Assembly: GCF_963921235.1 (NCBI RefSeq)
Contig: NC_086107.1
Location: 108,192,001 to 108,256,000, forward strand
Source: Mobula hypostoma
Lineage: Eukaryota
Direction of reading: 5' to 3'
DNA: 64,000 bases
A model generated the notes under the pieces. It did not search any database. It was not told where the DNA came from and worked only from the letters and a program-made list of their open reading frames with translations. The position numbers and the translations under genes were made by a program. This document shows positions 1-12,155 of this stretch, in pieces (position 1 is the stretch's first letter; the number at the start of each line of letters is the position of its first letter).

Positions 1-19
1 GGGATGGTAAGTCTCAGTA

Positions 20-585
20 CACTCAGTGGCCACTTTATTAGGTACACCTGTACACCTCCTTGTAAGTGCAAATATCTTATTAGCCGATCATATGGCAGCA
101 ACTCGAGGCATAAAAGCATGCAGACATGGTCAAGAGGTTCAGTTGTTGTTCAGGCCAAATATCAGAATGGGGAAGAAATGTGATCTAAGTGACTTTGACT
201 GTGGAATGATTGTTGGTGTCAGATGGGGTGGTTTGAGTATCTTAGAAACTGCTGATCTCCTGCGATTTTCATCATAACCGTCTCTGGAGTTTACAGAGAA
301 TGGCGGAAAAACAAAAAAGGAAAATATATATATAGTGAGCTGCAGTTCCGTTGGAGAAAATGCCTTGTTAGTGAGAGGTCAGAGAGAATAGCCAGAATGG
401 TTTAATCTGACAGGAAGGTGACAGTAACCCAAATAACTATGTGTCACACAGCAGAAGAGCATCTCTGAGTGCACAACACATCAAACCTTGAAGTGGATGG
501 GCTACAACAGCAGAAGACCATGAACATACACTCAGTGGCCACCTTATCAGGTATAGGAGGTACCTTATAAAGTGGCCACTGAATG
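20..585 (+). mobile_element. Non-autonomous Tc1/mariner-derived element
   Basis: TA then TIR CACTCAGTGGCCACTTTAT at 20; inverted copy ending at 585; degenerate transposase N-terminus MGKKCDLSDFDCGMIVG..GLSI.ETADLL. Confidence 0.85.
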
Positions 586-1710
586 TGTACTCCACACCTC
601 ATACCGTCACTGACACAGTCCCTGTACTAGTGCACTGCCATGTGCCCTGCTTCTACCAGACGAGTTCCCCTTGCCAATATCCACCTTGTCACTTTATCAT
701 TTCCTGTCAGAGTCACCTCATGTTCAGATGCTCCTGCACCTTGTGTCACTTTATGCATATACAATCAGTCTATGTACAGTATATAAACTAATATTGTGCA
801 TTTACGGCCACACCCAACAGCTAGTTGTACATTGTGTTTTATAGGATTGCTTTTATATTTATTGCATTTTTAATGCTTATTGTTTTATATTATGCTGCAT
901 CGGATCTGGGGAAACGATCGTTTCGTTCTGCTTTACACTCGTGTACTGAAGACTGACAGTGAACAATCTCGAGCCTTGAAAAGGCAAAGAGCAGCGACAA
1001 AATTCGCCATCACTTTCAAGGTACCAGTGCAGCCTTTGCCTGTTTGGGGAAAAGAATTGCCAAAGATCGAAGCTTCAAGCAAGTACAGAGCTTATTGCTT
1101 GCTGGGAAACAGTGATCTCCACTCTCTGGTCTTCTCTGAGGATCATATCCTTATCATGGTGGAGAGGCTTGTGAGCTCCTGAGACCCCAAGAGTGATGCC
1201 GCCTGGAGCTTAAGCTCCTGCTAGGGTCACCCGTGGCAGTAAGGTCAATGGGGAGGGTCCAGGCAAAGAGCGATCCAACCGAGTCTTCAATGGTGTGCTG
1301 GAAGATGACGATGTACTACAACGGCAGTGAATGATCCTCAGTCATCTTGCATGCCATAATATGGGACCCTGGGCCGGGCCTGTCAAGGACTATGTGGTGG
1401 CTGCCCGTGCATGAGCCTCCCCACGCTAAACAAAGCCACACACAAGCATCGTACCCAACTGAAGTGATCGCATTACTACTCTCCTGTGGGCTCCTGAGCC
1501 ACAGCCTACCTAAAGTAGAATGCTCAAAGTAAATTGATTATCAAAGCACATATATGTCACCATATTCAGCCCTGACATTCATTTTCTTGTGGGCCTACTG
1601 AATAAATCCATTATAGAATAATAACCATAATACAATCAATGAAAGACCGCACCCACGTGGGGCATTCAGCCAGTGTGCAAAAGACAACAAACAGTAGAAA
1701 TATGAAAAGG

Positions 1711-2271
1711 AACCATAGAACCATAGAACCATAGAAACTACAGCACAGAAACAGGCCTTTTGGCCCTTCTTGGCTGTGCCAAACCATTTTCTGCCTAGTC
1801 CCACTGACCTGCACACGGACCATATCCCTCCATACACCTCCCATCCATGTATCTGTCCAATTTATTCTTAAATGTTAAAAAAGAACCCGCATTTACCACC
1901 TCATCTGGCAGCTCATTCCATACTCCCACCACTCTCTGTGTGAAGAAGCCCCCCCCAATGTTCCCTTTAAACCTTTCCCCCCTCACCCTTAACCCATGTC
2001 CTCTGGTTTTTTCTCCCCTTGCCTCAGTGGAAAAAGCCTGCTTGCATTCACTCTATCTATTCCCATCATAATTTTATATACCTCTATCAAATCTCCCCTC
2101 ATTCTTCTTCGCTCCAGGGAATAAAGTCCTAACCTATTCAACCTTTCTCTGTAACTGAGTTTCTCAAGTCCCGGCAACATCCTTGTAAACCTTCTCTGCA
2201 CTCTTTCAACCTTATTTATATCCTTCCTGTAATTTGGTGACCAAAACTGAACACAATACTCCAGATTCGGC
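1711..2271 (-). mobile_element. CR1 LINE 3' fragment (young), nested in a Rex-like fragment
   Basis: PNLEYCVQFWSP..RKDINKVERVQRRFTRMLPGL; (TTCTATGG)n octamer tail. Confidence 0.9.
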
Positions 2272-2625
2272 AGAAATAATAATAATAATAAACAAATAAG
2301 CAATAATAATAATAATAATAATAAACAAATAAGCAGTAAATGTTGAGAAGATGAAGAGTCTTTGAGTTCATAAGTTGTGGGAACATTTCAATGATGGGGC
2401 AAGTGACGTTGAGTGAACCCTTTGGTTCAAGAGCCTGATGGTTGAGGGGTAATAACTGTTCCTGAACCTGGTGGTGTGAGTCCTGAGGCTCCTGTACCTT
2501 TTCCCTGATGGCAGCAGCGGGAAGAAAGTATGACCTGGGTGGTGGTGGGTCTCTGATGATGGATGCAGCTTTTCTGCAATAGCGCTCTGTGTAGATGTGC
2601 TCAATGGTGGGAAGGGACTGAAAAA
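2272..2625 (-). mobile_element. Rex/Babar-like LINE 3' fragment
   Basis: HPGHTFFPLLPSGKRYRSLRTHTTRFRNSYYPSTIRLLN C-terminal motif. Confidence 0.8.
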
Positions 2626-3525
2626 GTGTTACCAGCACGGGTTCCACAAAATCCTCTGACAGCTTAACTGAAGGAATTAAAATTAGCACGCTCTCCCAAC
2701 ATCCCCAACACTGGGGCGCAAAATTCCAGACCACAACGTATGAAGTTCGCCACATAGCCAGACAGTGACAAGAGTTCCTCCCCACATCACAAATGCGTTT
2801 CTGAAATGACATCCAATCAGCTGATTGAAAAGTATATAAAGGCCAGGCATTCGGAGGACACACCACATTCAACCGCGCATGCTGATGAAACGTTTTCAAG
2901 TAAACGGCCAAGTTCAGAGAAAAACTCATCCCAACCAGCAAATGATTTGGCAGAACTTAATACCACTGCTGATCAAGGGGGTCAACAGTTATTATGTCAA
3001 AGATTCAAAGTAGATTAATTAACCAAGTGTATATACAGTATTCAACCCTGAGATCCATCTTCCCACAGACAGCCATGAAACCAAGAAAGAAAACCATGGA
3101 ACCTGTTCAAAGAAAAACATCAAACCTCCAACACTTTAAAAAAAAGGAACAAATCATGCAAACAGTAAAAACAAAAAATAAGCGCGAAAAACACAGAATG
3201 TAAAACACCAAACCACAAGTCATTAAATCAGTCCAGACATATTCATTTCAGCTCAGTTCAGTTCAGTCTAGCTCTACGTTGTTCACTAACTTCAGACCAC
3301 AGAACCAGTCTGCCCTGATCAACATCGCACAAAAATAGCAACAAAAAAGGAGTAACCAGAAACCAGAAACACATCATAACGTGAAATTAGGAGCGATAGA
3401 AATGGCCATTCTGCATCTAGTAGTACAAATGAGATTATTGCATTTACTGCCATGGATTTTAATTCTACCCCCTAGCAGACTTTTAAACTGAGATTCCAGA
3501 GCGGCAGAGAAGACGTGTTCCTCAC

Positions 3526-3652
3526 CTGGACTCCCAGAATCCCAAAGATAATGAAGAAAGCGCAGCAAATGAGGACGATGTTCCCGATCGGCTTTAGGGA
3601 GGAAATAAGGGTTTCAACAACCAGCTTCAAGCCTGGTGCTCGACTAATGACC
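3526..3652 (-). CDS. CACNA1I: Cav3.3 coding exon L (IIIS4-S5 linker, IIIS5)
   Basis: CCTTAG|G acceptor, CAG|GTGAGG donor; 127 nt; [42 protein letters not shown]. Confidence 0.96.
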
Positions 3653-4568
3653 CTAAGGAAAGACAAGAGGAAGGAGAGCAAGATTGTAGGTGGCACATTT
3701 GTTAGAACTTGTAAACAATCTTTTTTTACACATTCAGAAGTAAATTCTCAGGTATTATCTATAAAGGTGTGACAATGAGGGTTAAGGTCACAAGACCATT
3801 AGATATTCTGTACATAGGAGCAGAATTAGGCAATTGGCCCACTAAGTCTGCTCCGCTATTCAGTAAGCGCTGATTTTCGTTTAATCTCATTTTCTCCATT
3901 AACCTCCAGAGTAAGCATAAAGTGGATATCTGAACTGAGAAGTTATACCCAGCCTGAATGCTTTGCTCTAGACTGCCATCGGAATAAAAGCACAGAATCC
4001 AGGATGGAGTTCTTTAAGGCTGTGCAAAGGTTGCCAAAAATGGCTGCCAAAAAGCTGCAAAGATGGCACGACAAGTAAATAGGGTCATAAAGAGAACATT
4101 TGGCACATTGGCCTTCATAAATCACGGCATGTAGCGCAGGAGATGGAAAGCTATGTTGAAGTTATACAAGACATTGGTAAGGCTAAATTTGGAGTACTAT
4201 ATACAGTTCTGGTCACCTACATACCGGGAAGATATTAATTAGCTTGTAGAGAATTTTGGGTTTTTCTCTGAGTGCTCCAGTTTCCTCCCATGGTACTGGT
4301 TAGTAGGTTAATTGGTCACTGTAAACTTTCCCAGAATTAGGCCATGCTTAAGTCGAGGGTTGCTGGGCAGTGCGGTCTGAGGGGCCAGAAGGGCCTATTC
4401 TACTCTGTACCTCAATAAACAAATTAATTAATAAATAAGAGTTATGGAAGGGACTTTGATGAGTAATTCAAACCAAAATTGCTGCTTTATGGAGAAGAAT
4501 GGAAAATGACAGCATTACATCTCAACAACCCTTGACTCTACTAGGCCCGGATGTATTCTTTGTTGTAC

Positions 4569-4753
4569 CTGAGGGGACGCAGGGTACGGAGAAGCCTTAG
4601 CACCCGGAGCACGCCCAAGATCTTGGCTCCTCCTGCAGAGGCCAGGGACACGACTATGTCAATGAGGGAGACAAAGACCAGGAATCCGTCCAGAATGTTC
4701 CAGCTGCTTCTCAGGTATGCTTCATTGCCAAAGTAAAACCCCAGAGAGACGAC
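4569..4753 (-). CDS. CACNA1I: Cav3.3 coding exon K (IIIS3-IIIS4)
   Basis: TTCTTAG|GTC acceptor, AG|GTACAA donor; 185 nt; [62 protein letters not shown]. Confidence 0.96.
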
Positions 4754-4978
4754 CTAAGAAACATCAAGAGCAAGAGTCACTTGAGAGCGAAACTATCTGG
4801 AGAAGAATAATTGTGATGGCATCATCATGTTAGGGGCTTAGAACCCCAGCAGCTGCTGTCTTTTTGATACATTACACTGGACAGCAAATCTTTTCAGGTT
4901 CTGCTTCCTCAAAATGTTCCTTTGTTTATGATAGATCGTTTGAAGCAGAATACAAATATAATTTCAGACTACTTGTAT

Positions 4979-5735
4979 CACGTTGGAATTTGGAGAAACA
5001 AGAAATTAACTTTTAATGAATATAATGTGTTTAATTGCATAATGGTGCTGACGCTTTGCAATAGTTCAGCTAAGCTAAGAATGTTTTGTTGATGATTTTC
5101 ATTTGTACTCAGTGATTGAGGCTTCTCGCTTAAGTGTCCAACAATAACTAAACAGCATTGATAGATTCCAGTTGTCCTGATACCGTTTCTCCATGACCGC
5201 AATGTCCTGGTGAAACCTTTCACCATCCTCATCATTGACAGCACCAAGATTTGCAGGGAAGGAGTTTAAATGGGAATGCAGAAAATGAATCTTTAGTGAC
5301 ATGTTGCACTTCATGGTTTTGTATGCTTGAAGCATGTTGTCAACCAGCTGCACGTACATTGAATTTTTTTACATCCTTGAATGTCTTCCATGCGATTTTC
5401 TCCAGTCCCAATAGTAGTTCTTCGAATTGCCTGTCATTAATGACCTGATTGATTTGTGGACCAACAAAAATGTCTTTCATAATCTTGGCATCAATTACTC
5501 TGACTTGAATTATGAATTGAAATAACAGATAAAGGCGATTTTTAAAATGTGCACAATAGGGAAATTTCATGGCGATTTTCATGCCAAGCAGCCCAAAGCT
5601 ACACCCAAATGTGTTCAGGAAGCAAAATCTTTGTGGTGTAGTGTTATTAAACCAAGGTACCGTGAAAGATTCCACAAAGCTGTGAGCAGAAGAGTTGGGG
5701 TTCTGAGCTATCATTTACCCTTCAGCCAATATCAC
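4979..5735 (-). mobile_element. Degraded DNA transposon, Chapaev3/CMC-like transposase C-terminal fragment
   Basis: Frameshifted IFVGPQI...EKIAWKTFK and MSLKIHFLHSHLNSFPANLGAVNDEDGERFHQDIAVMEKRYQ...YCWTLKRE. Confidence 0.7.
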
Positions 5736-7260
5736 TAAACAGTCAACATAAGCAGGTCCTGAAGAAGGGCCTCGGCCAGAAACGGTGACCGTTCACTCTT
5801 TTCCATGAATGCTGCCTGGCCTGCTGAGTTCCTCCAGCATTTTGTGTGCATTGCTTCAGATACCCAGCGTCTGCAGATTTTCTCAAGTTTGTTACAAACT
5901 TGAATCTTTTATGTTCATCTGAGAGGGCAGATGAAACCTTGGTTCAGTGTGTCCTACTAAATTCAGCAGTGTATCACTCATGGAACACCAGGTCTCCAAC
6001 AGTATTAGCACATCCAAGTTCTGATGATCAGACAAAATCTGCAGATGCTGGATTGTCTTTAAAGAAAAGATTACCGTTATATGTCACATGTACATCGAAA
6101 CATACTGTTCCCCCAACCTACAGACTCACTTAACACGCATCAAAGTTGCTGCATTCACCAGCAACTTTGATGTGTGTTGCTTGAATTTCCAGCATCTGCA
6201 GAATTCCTCGTGTCTACAGACTCACTTTCAAGGACTTGACAACTCATTCTCTCGATACTTATTGCTTATTTATTTATTATTATTATTTCTTTTTTCCCCC
6301 TCTCATTATATACTTGCACAGTTTGTTGTCTTTTGCACACTGGCTGTTTGTCCATCCTGTTGGGAGTGGTCTTTCATTGATTCTATTGTGTCTCTTGCGT
6401 TTACTGTGAATGCCCACAAGAAAATGGATCACAGGGTTGTATATGGTAACACATATGCACTTTGAGAATAAATTACTTTAAACCTTTGAGTGTACAGTGA
6501 AATGCATTGCTTTGATTCAACAACCAACACAGTCTAAGTAGTACTGGGGGCAGATCACAAGTGGCTCACTCAGTTCCATCATGGGCACTAACTTCTCCAC
6601 CAACAAGGACATCTTCAAAAGGAGATGCCTCTAAAAGGCAGCATCCATCATTAAGGACCCCCACCACCCAGGACACGTCTGCTTCTCTTTACCACCATCA
6701 AAGAGGAGGTGCAGGAGCCTGAAGACACACACTCAACCTTTTAGGAACAGCTTCTTCCTCTCCAGCATCTAATTTCTGAATGGACAACGAACCCATGAAC
6801 ACTACCTCATTATTTTTGCTCTCTTATTCCACCACTTGTTTTAAATTGTGTATATATATTTCTTATTGCAATTTACATACAGTATATTTTATGTACTAGA
6901 GTTTATTGCCACTTCAAAACAACAAATTTCATGATATACTGTATGCCAGAGATAATAAATCTGATTGTGTTTCTGTTCCTGAAGAGTTGCCATGCTTCTG
7001 GCATCAACAGAGCATGCCCAGTAGTTTGTGACTGGCCTATTCCCTGCTGAGAATCTCCAGCACTTCGTGTTTTCATTTCCCAATTTTGCCTCTCTGACAC
7101 TCCAATAATCCTGGGACTGCCACTCCATTAGTGTGGCAGTCCCTCAAGACTGTCGTTGGAAAATACAGTGCTCCCTCAGCACTGCCCGTCAGGCAGCACC
7201 ACTGTACCTATGATCTCTGACAGTACATCGCTCGTATCGGTGACAGTGTGGCTCTCCCTC

Positions 7261-7547
7261 ACGGCCAGATTTGGGAACAGCTTCTTTCCAACTGTGATAA
7301 GACTGCTGAACGGATCCTGACCCGGATCTGGGCCGTACCCTCCAAATATCCGGACCTGCCTCTCATTTTTTTTGCACTTCCTTACTTTCCCTTTTCTATT
7401 TTCTATTTATGATTTATAATTTAAATTTTTAATATTTACTATCAATTTGTACTCCAGGGAGCTCAAAACACAGAATCAAATATCGCTGTGATGATTATCA
7501 ATTGTTTGGCGACAATAAGGTATAAAGTATAAAGTATTAAAGTATTA
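7261..7547 (+). mobile_element. Rex-like LINE 3' end, same subfamily as 9277-10245
   Basis: Near-identical to 9955-10240; (TAAAGTA)n tail. Confidence 0.85.
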
Positions 7548-7986
7548 ATTCTGTTCCAATGGGGAAACGTTCCCTCAGTACTATTGTGGTAACAGAGTAG
7601 CACTCCCTCAGCACATGTCAGTCTGCTTGATAAGACTCCACAGTGGGGAGTTGAACCCACAACTCGATGCATGTTAGCACGCAAGCTCTCCAGGCAACTA
7701 CTGGCAGTCAACAGTGAACACTCCCCCCTTCATTACCTTGCAGACAGAGGGTGGAAACATACAGGGTCATGTCAGGGATGTGACACACAGGGGGGGGGGG
7801 GACAGCTAGAGCTGCTGCCCTCCAGGTCCGGCAGCCTAGGATCAACCCTGGCCTGTGAAGCTGTTGACGTGGTGCCTGCAGTGTTTTCCCTGAGACTCTG
7901 CGAGTTTTGTCTAGGCACTCCACATCCAGAAGAAATGTCGGTTGGAGGATCACGTGGTCACTTTGAATTGCCCCTAGTGTTTAGAT

Positions 7987-8066
7987 CAGGGGTTCCCAAC
8001 CTTTTGAATGCCATGGAGCCCTACCATTCACCGAGGGGTCCGTGGACCCCAAGTTGGGAACTCCTG
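7987..8066. mobile_element. 80-bp hAT-type MITE
   Basis: TIR CAGGGGTTCCCAAC / GTTGGGAACTCCTG; 8-bp TSD gtttagat / gtttaggt; related copy at 42089-42168. Confidence 0.8.
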
Positions 8067-9276
8067 GTTTAGGTGAGGGGCAAAATTTGGGATGGGGGGA
8101 GTTGATTGGAATGTGGAGAGAATAAAATGGAATTAATGAAGAATTATTCCTCCAATAGGACTACAATCTCGTCATGGTTTGGAGGCTTGCAAGCCTCAAT
8201 GTTCTCTGGAGTGAGTCCCGCCGAAGGATTTCGGCCCGAAGCATTGACTGCACTCTTTTCCATAGGTGCTGCCTGGCCTGCTGAGTTCCTCCAGCATTTT
8301 GTGTGTGTTTCAGGGATTTACGTTTTGGCTCTTTGTAGGGTCACCCATGTCAAATAGGTCAAAGGGTAGGAGCCAGACTAAAGAGCAGTCCACTGGTTCA
8401 CCAGGTTCGGGGGTTCAGCTCAGGACTAACAACCCAGACTGGTCAAACAAAACTGTTACTGAACCAGCAGTGAGGAATCCCTCTACATCTGAGCGCGACG
8501 GTATTCCTGAGTCTCCACCCGGGACTTGCGTGGCTGACAGGAGTGAAAACCGAGAGGCACGATGAAGGAAGCCCTGATCACCACCAAGACCGAGACTAAA
8601 ATTGGTTGGCCAAGGACAGACAGAGATGGAGGACTTTCATTGCTGCTCCCAACACCAGCAGTATAATGGGCAGTAAGTAAATAGCAGGATTAGTGTTAAT
8701 GGATGTTTGATGGTTAGCACAGATTCAGTGGTCAAGGAACTGTTACTGTGCAGTATGACTCTATGTTGTTGGACCGGGGTTTGGAATTGTTTAACTTTCC
8801 TGTGCTTGCTTGTTATTTTAAATAATCACCTATTCATGGCGAGGGACGGCCCACCTTCAGCTCACTACTCTGCTGTAGTTTACTTGACTCTGCATTGAGC
8901 TGAGGGTCTGTGGACGGACTCGCTTTGTGGACTTTGGTTCTGAACGTTATTTGCTGGCTTTAATTGTTTGCACGATCTATTTTTTTCTCTGCATGTTGGG
9001 TGTTTGATGGTTTTCTTTTTCTTAATTTGTTCTTCTGGGTGTCTTGTTTTGTGGCTGCCTGTAAGGAGATGAATCTCAAGGTTGTATAATGTATACATAC
9101 TTTGATAATAAATGGACTTTGAACTTTGATATACATGTAAATGTTATGTGAATTTTCAGTTGCTTCAGGTAGTTTGCTCGAGGGCTCTTAATTTTCTGTA
9201 GCAGGTGTCACACACCTTGAATCTGGCAATTTTATGGGTTTATCACTGGAATTTATGTTATTGCTAGTCTGAATAT

Positions 9277-10245
9277 GAGATGACTTACACCCATGATTGT
9301 GTAGCCACGTTTCCATCGAACTCAATATATAAGTTTGCTGATGACACAACAATTGTAGGCCGTATCTCAGGTAATGGTAAGTTTGAGAACACCGAGGAAA
9401 TTAAGAACCTGGTGGCATGGTGCGAAGACAATAACCTATCCCTCAACGTCAGCAAGACGAAGGAATTGGTTGTTGACTTCAGAAGGAGTAGCAGACCGCA
9501 TGACCCAGTTTACGTCGGTGGTGCGCAAGTAGAACAGGTCAAAAGTTTTAAGTTCCTCGGGCTCAATATCACAAATGACCTGACTTGGTCCAACCAAGCA
9601 GAGTCCACTGCCAGGAAGGCCCACCAGTGCCTTTACTTCCTGAGAAAATTAAAGAAATTTGGCCTGTCCCCTAAAACCCTCACTAATTTTTATAGATGCA
9701 CTGTAGAAAGCATTCTTCTAGGGTACACCACAACCTGGTATGGAAGTTGTCCTGTCCAAGACCGAAAGAAGCTGCAGAAGATCGTGAACATGGCGCAGCA
9801 CATCACACAAACCAATCTTCCATCCTTGGACTCACTTTACACCGCACGCTGTCGGAGCAGTGCTGCCAGGATAATCAAGGACAAGACCCACCCAGCCAAC
9901 ACACTTTTCGTCCCTCTTCCCTCTGGGAGAAGGGTCAGGAGCTTGAAGACTCGTACGGCCAAATTTGGGAACAGCTTCTTTCCAACTGTGATAAGACTGC
10001 TGAATGGTTCCTGACCCGGATCTGGGCCGTACCCTCCAAATATCCGGACCTGCCTCTTGGTTTTTTTACACTACCTTACTTTCCATTTTTTCTATTTTCT
10101 ATTTATGATTTATAATTTAAACTTTTAATATTTACTATCGATTTGTAATCCAGGGAGCAGGAAGCGCAGAATCAAATATCGCTATGATGATTGTACATTC
10201 TAGTATCAATCGTTTGACGACAATAAAGTATCAAGTATTAAGTAC
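9277..10245 (+). mobile_element. Rex1/Babar-clade LINE, 5'-truncated, open RT C-terminal ORF
   Basis: 244-aa ORF YTHDCVA...KFADDTTIVG...LNVSKTKELVVDFRR...LPSGRR; 3' UTR and TAAAGTA tail. Confidence 0.9.
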
Positions 10246-10590
10246 TTTAATTGCTTTTTCCTTATTTTTTTTGTTCTCTCAGCTCCTCTTCCTTGTTTGT
10301 TTTCCACTCTTGTGACCCTTAATAAAACAATCACAAGCAATAGGTTTTATGCCTCTTTGTTGACTTCCGAAGAAACTTTGGGTCACAGAAGTATCAGGGT
10401 TCTAACAATGTTCTATGACAGCAGTGAATTCTTCAACTTGCAGTGGCTCTTTAACTTGTGTTCAGTACACGAAAATGATCTTTTAAACTTTAATGGTAAA
10501 TTAGGTCACTAATATCTTGCTTAATCAACTTGAAGCTAAATGGGACATTTGTCTTGAAGCCTGCCTCCCATCTGTTCTGTCTCTCATCCT

Positions 10591-11401
10591 TATGCTGGGT
10601 GAGTCCAGATTCCAGTTCAGTCATTGGTGCTGCTCGAGCTCAGGATGAGAAATGCAAACTGATGGAACCAGCTTGGTGACCGAGGAAGGAAAGCAACTGG
10701 ATTCCAACTGAAGATTTCCAGTCACAATGGCACCGAGCTACAGTCTCTGTCGATGTCATGGCTCAGACTTGGTTAGTGATTTAGGTTTGTAGGGATGGTT
10801 CTGGGGGACACAGAAGGGAGTTAGGGGCCAGGTAGAGTTAGGGATCATGCCGGAGCCTAGGCCTCCACTCCATGAGGTGAACGTATGACGAAGTGCATTT
10901 CTGTATGGATCACAACTAAATGCTGGAGGAACTCAGCAGGCCAGGCAGCATCTATGGAAAAGACTAAACAGTTGACTTGTTGGGCGGGGACCCTTCTTCA
11001 GTGCCCTGATGAAGGGTCTCAGCCTGAAACATTGACTGTTTACTCTTTTCCATAGATGCTGCCTGGCCTCCTGAGTTCCTCCAGCATTTTGTTGTGATTT
11101 TCATCATACGTTCACCTCATGGAATGGAGGTCTAGGCTCCGGCATGATCCCTAACTCTACCTGGCCCCTAACTCCCTTCTGTGTCCCCCAGAACTATCCC
11201 TACAAACCTAAAACACAAACCTAGTCTGAGTCATGACATCAACAGAGACTGTAGCTGGGTGCCATTTTGACTGGAACCCTTCAGTTGGAATCCAACTACC
11301 TTTCCTCCTCGGTCACCGAGCTGGTTCCACGAGGTTGCAATTCTCATCCTGAGCTCGAGTAGCATCAATGACTGAACTGGAATCTGGCCTCACCCAGCAT
11401 A
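10591..11401. repeat. ~810-bp imperfect palindrome with PLE-derived core
   Basis: 10591-11001 is the reverse complement of 11006-11401 (for example GGGATCATGCCGGAGCCTAG / CTAGGCTCCGGCATGATCCC); 4-nt loop TGCC. Confidence 0.95.
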
Positions 11402-11544
11402 TGGGTGTGATGAAATTTCACCACCTCGGAAGGAGGGGGGCTTCACCGGTTCAATCTTCCGCTGTGGTTACATGTGTTACTAGGGAGGTGGGCTGCCCCA
11501 GCAGGGCATGTGATTAAATAGACAGGGACTTGGATAGCTCTTAC

Positions 11545-11613
11545 CTTTAGGGTCATTTCTGCAACAAAAATGGCGGTGAAGAAGTAGTTGGAAACACTCA
11601 AGAAGATTCGCTC
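11545..11613 (-). CDS. CACNA1I: Cav3.3 coding exon J (IIIS2)
   Basis: CACAG|GAG acceptor, AAG|GTAAGA donor; 69 nt; ERIFLSVSNYFFTAIFVAEMTLK. Confidence 0.95.
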
Positions 11614-11794
11614 CTGTGAAAAGAGAAGTTCAATTAGCATTGAGGACACTTGGCATACACAATGGGTTAATGGTTACCAGTCAATCTGTAATGGATTCAG
11701 ATGACCAATACGTCAAACAGAAATCTCCTTACAATAATTATGCTTAATTTTAATAGTTATTAAACTTCAGAACGTATGTATGTTGAGAGAAAAT

Positions 11795-12155
11795 CACAAA
11801 CATGAGAAAGTCTGCAGATGCTGGCTTTCCAAAGTAACACACCCAGTACACCAGAGCAACTCAAGTCAGGCAACATCTATGGAAAAGAGTAAACAGTCGA
11901 TATTTCAGACCGAGACTCTTCTTCAGGACTGAGAAGGAACGGGGGAAGACACCAGAATAAAAAGGTCGGGGAGGGGAAGGAGAATAACCAGAAGCTGATG
12001 GGTGAAGCCAGGTGGGTGGGAAAGGTAAAGAGCTGGAGAAGGAAGAATCTGATTGAAGAGGAGAGTGGACAATAGGAGAAACAGAAGGAGGAGGGACCCA
12101 GGGGGAAGTAAGAGGCAGGTGAGAAGTCAGAGTGGGGTATAGAGGAAGGGGGGAG
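11795..12155 (-). mobile_element. Penelope-like terminal repeat fragment
   Basis: Pyrimidine-rich tract, hammerhead motif, then CCAGCATCTGCAGA tail, as in 51947-52732. Confidence 0.8.
11894..11931 (-). ncRNA. Minimal type I hammerhead ribozyme motif (PLE-associated)
   Basis: CAGTC-CTGAAGA-AGA(GTCTCGG)TCT-GAAA-T-ATC-GACTG. Confidence 0.65.
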
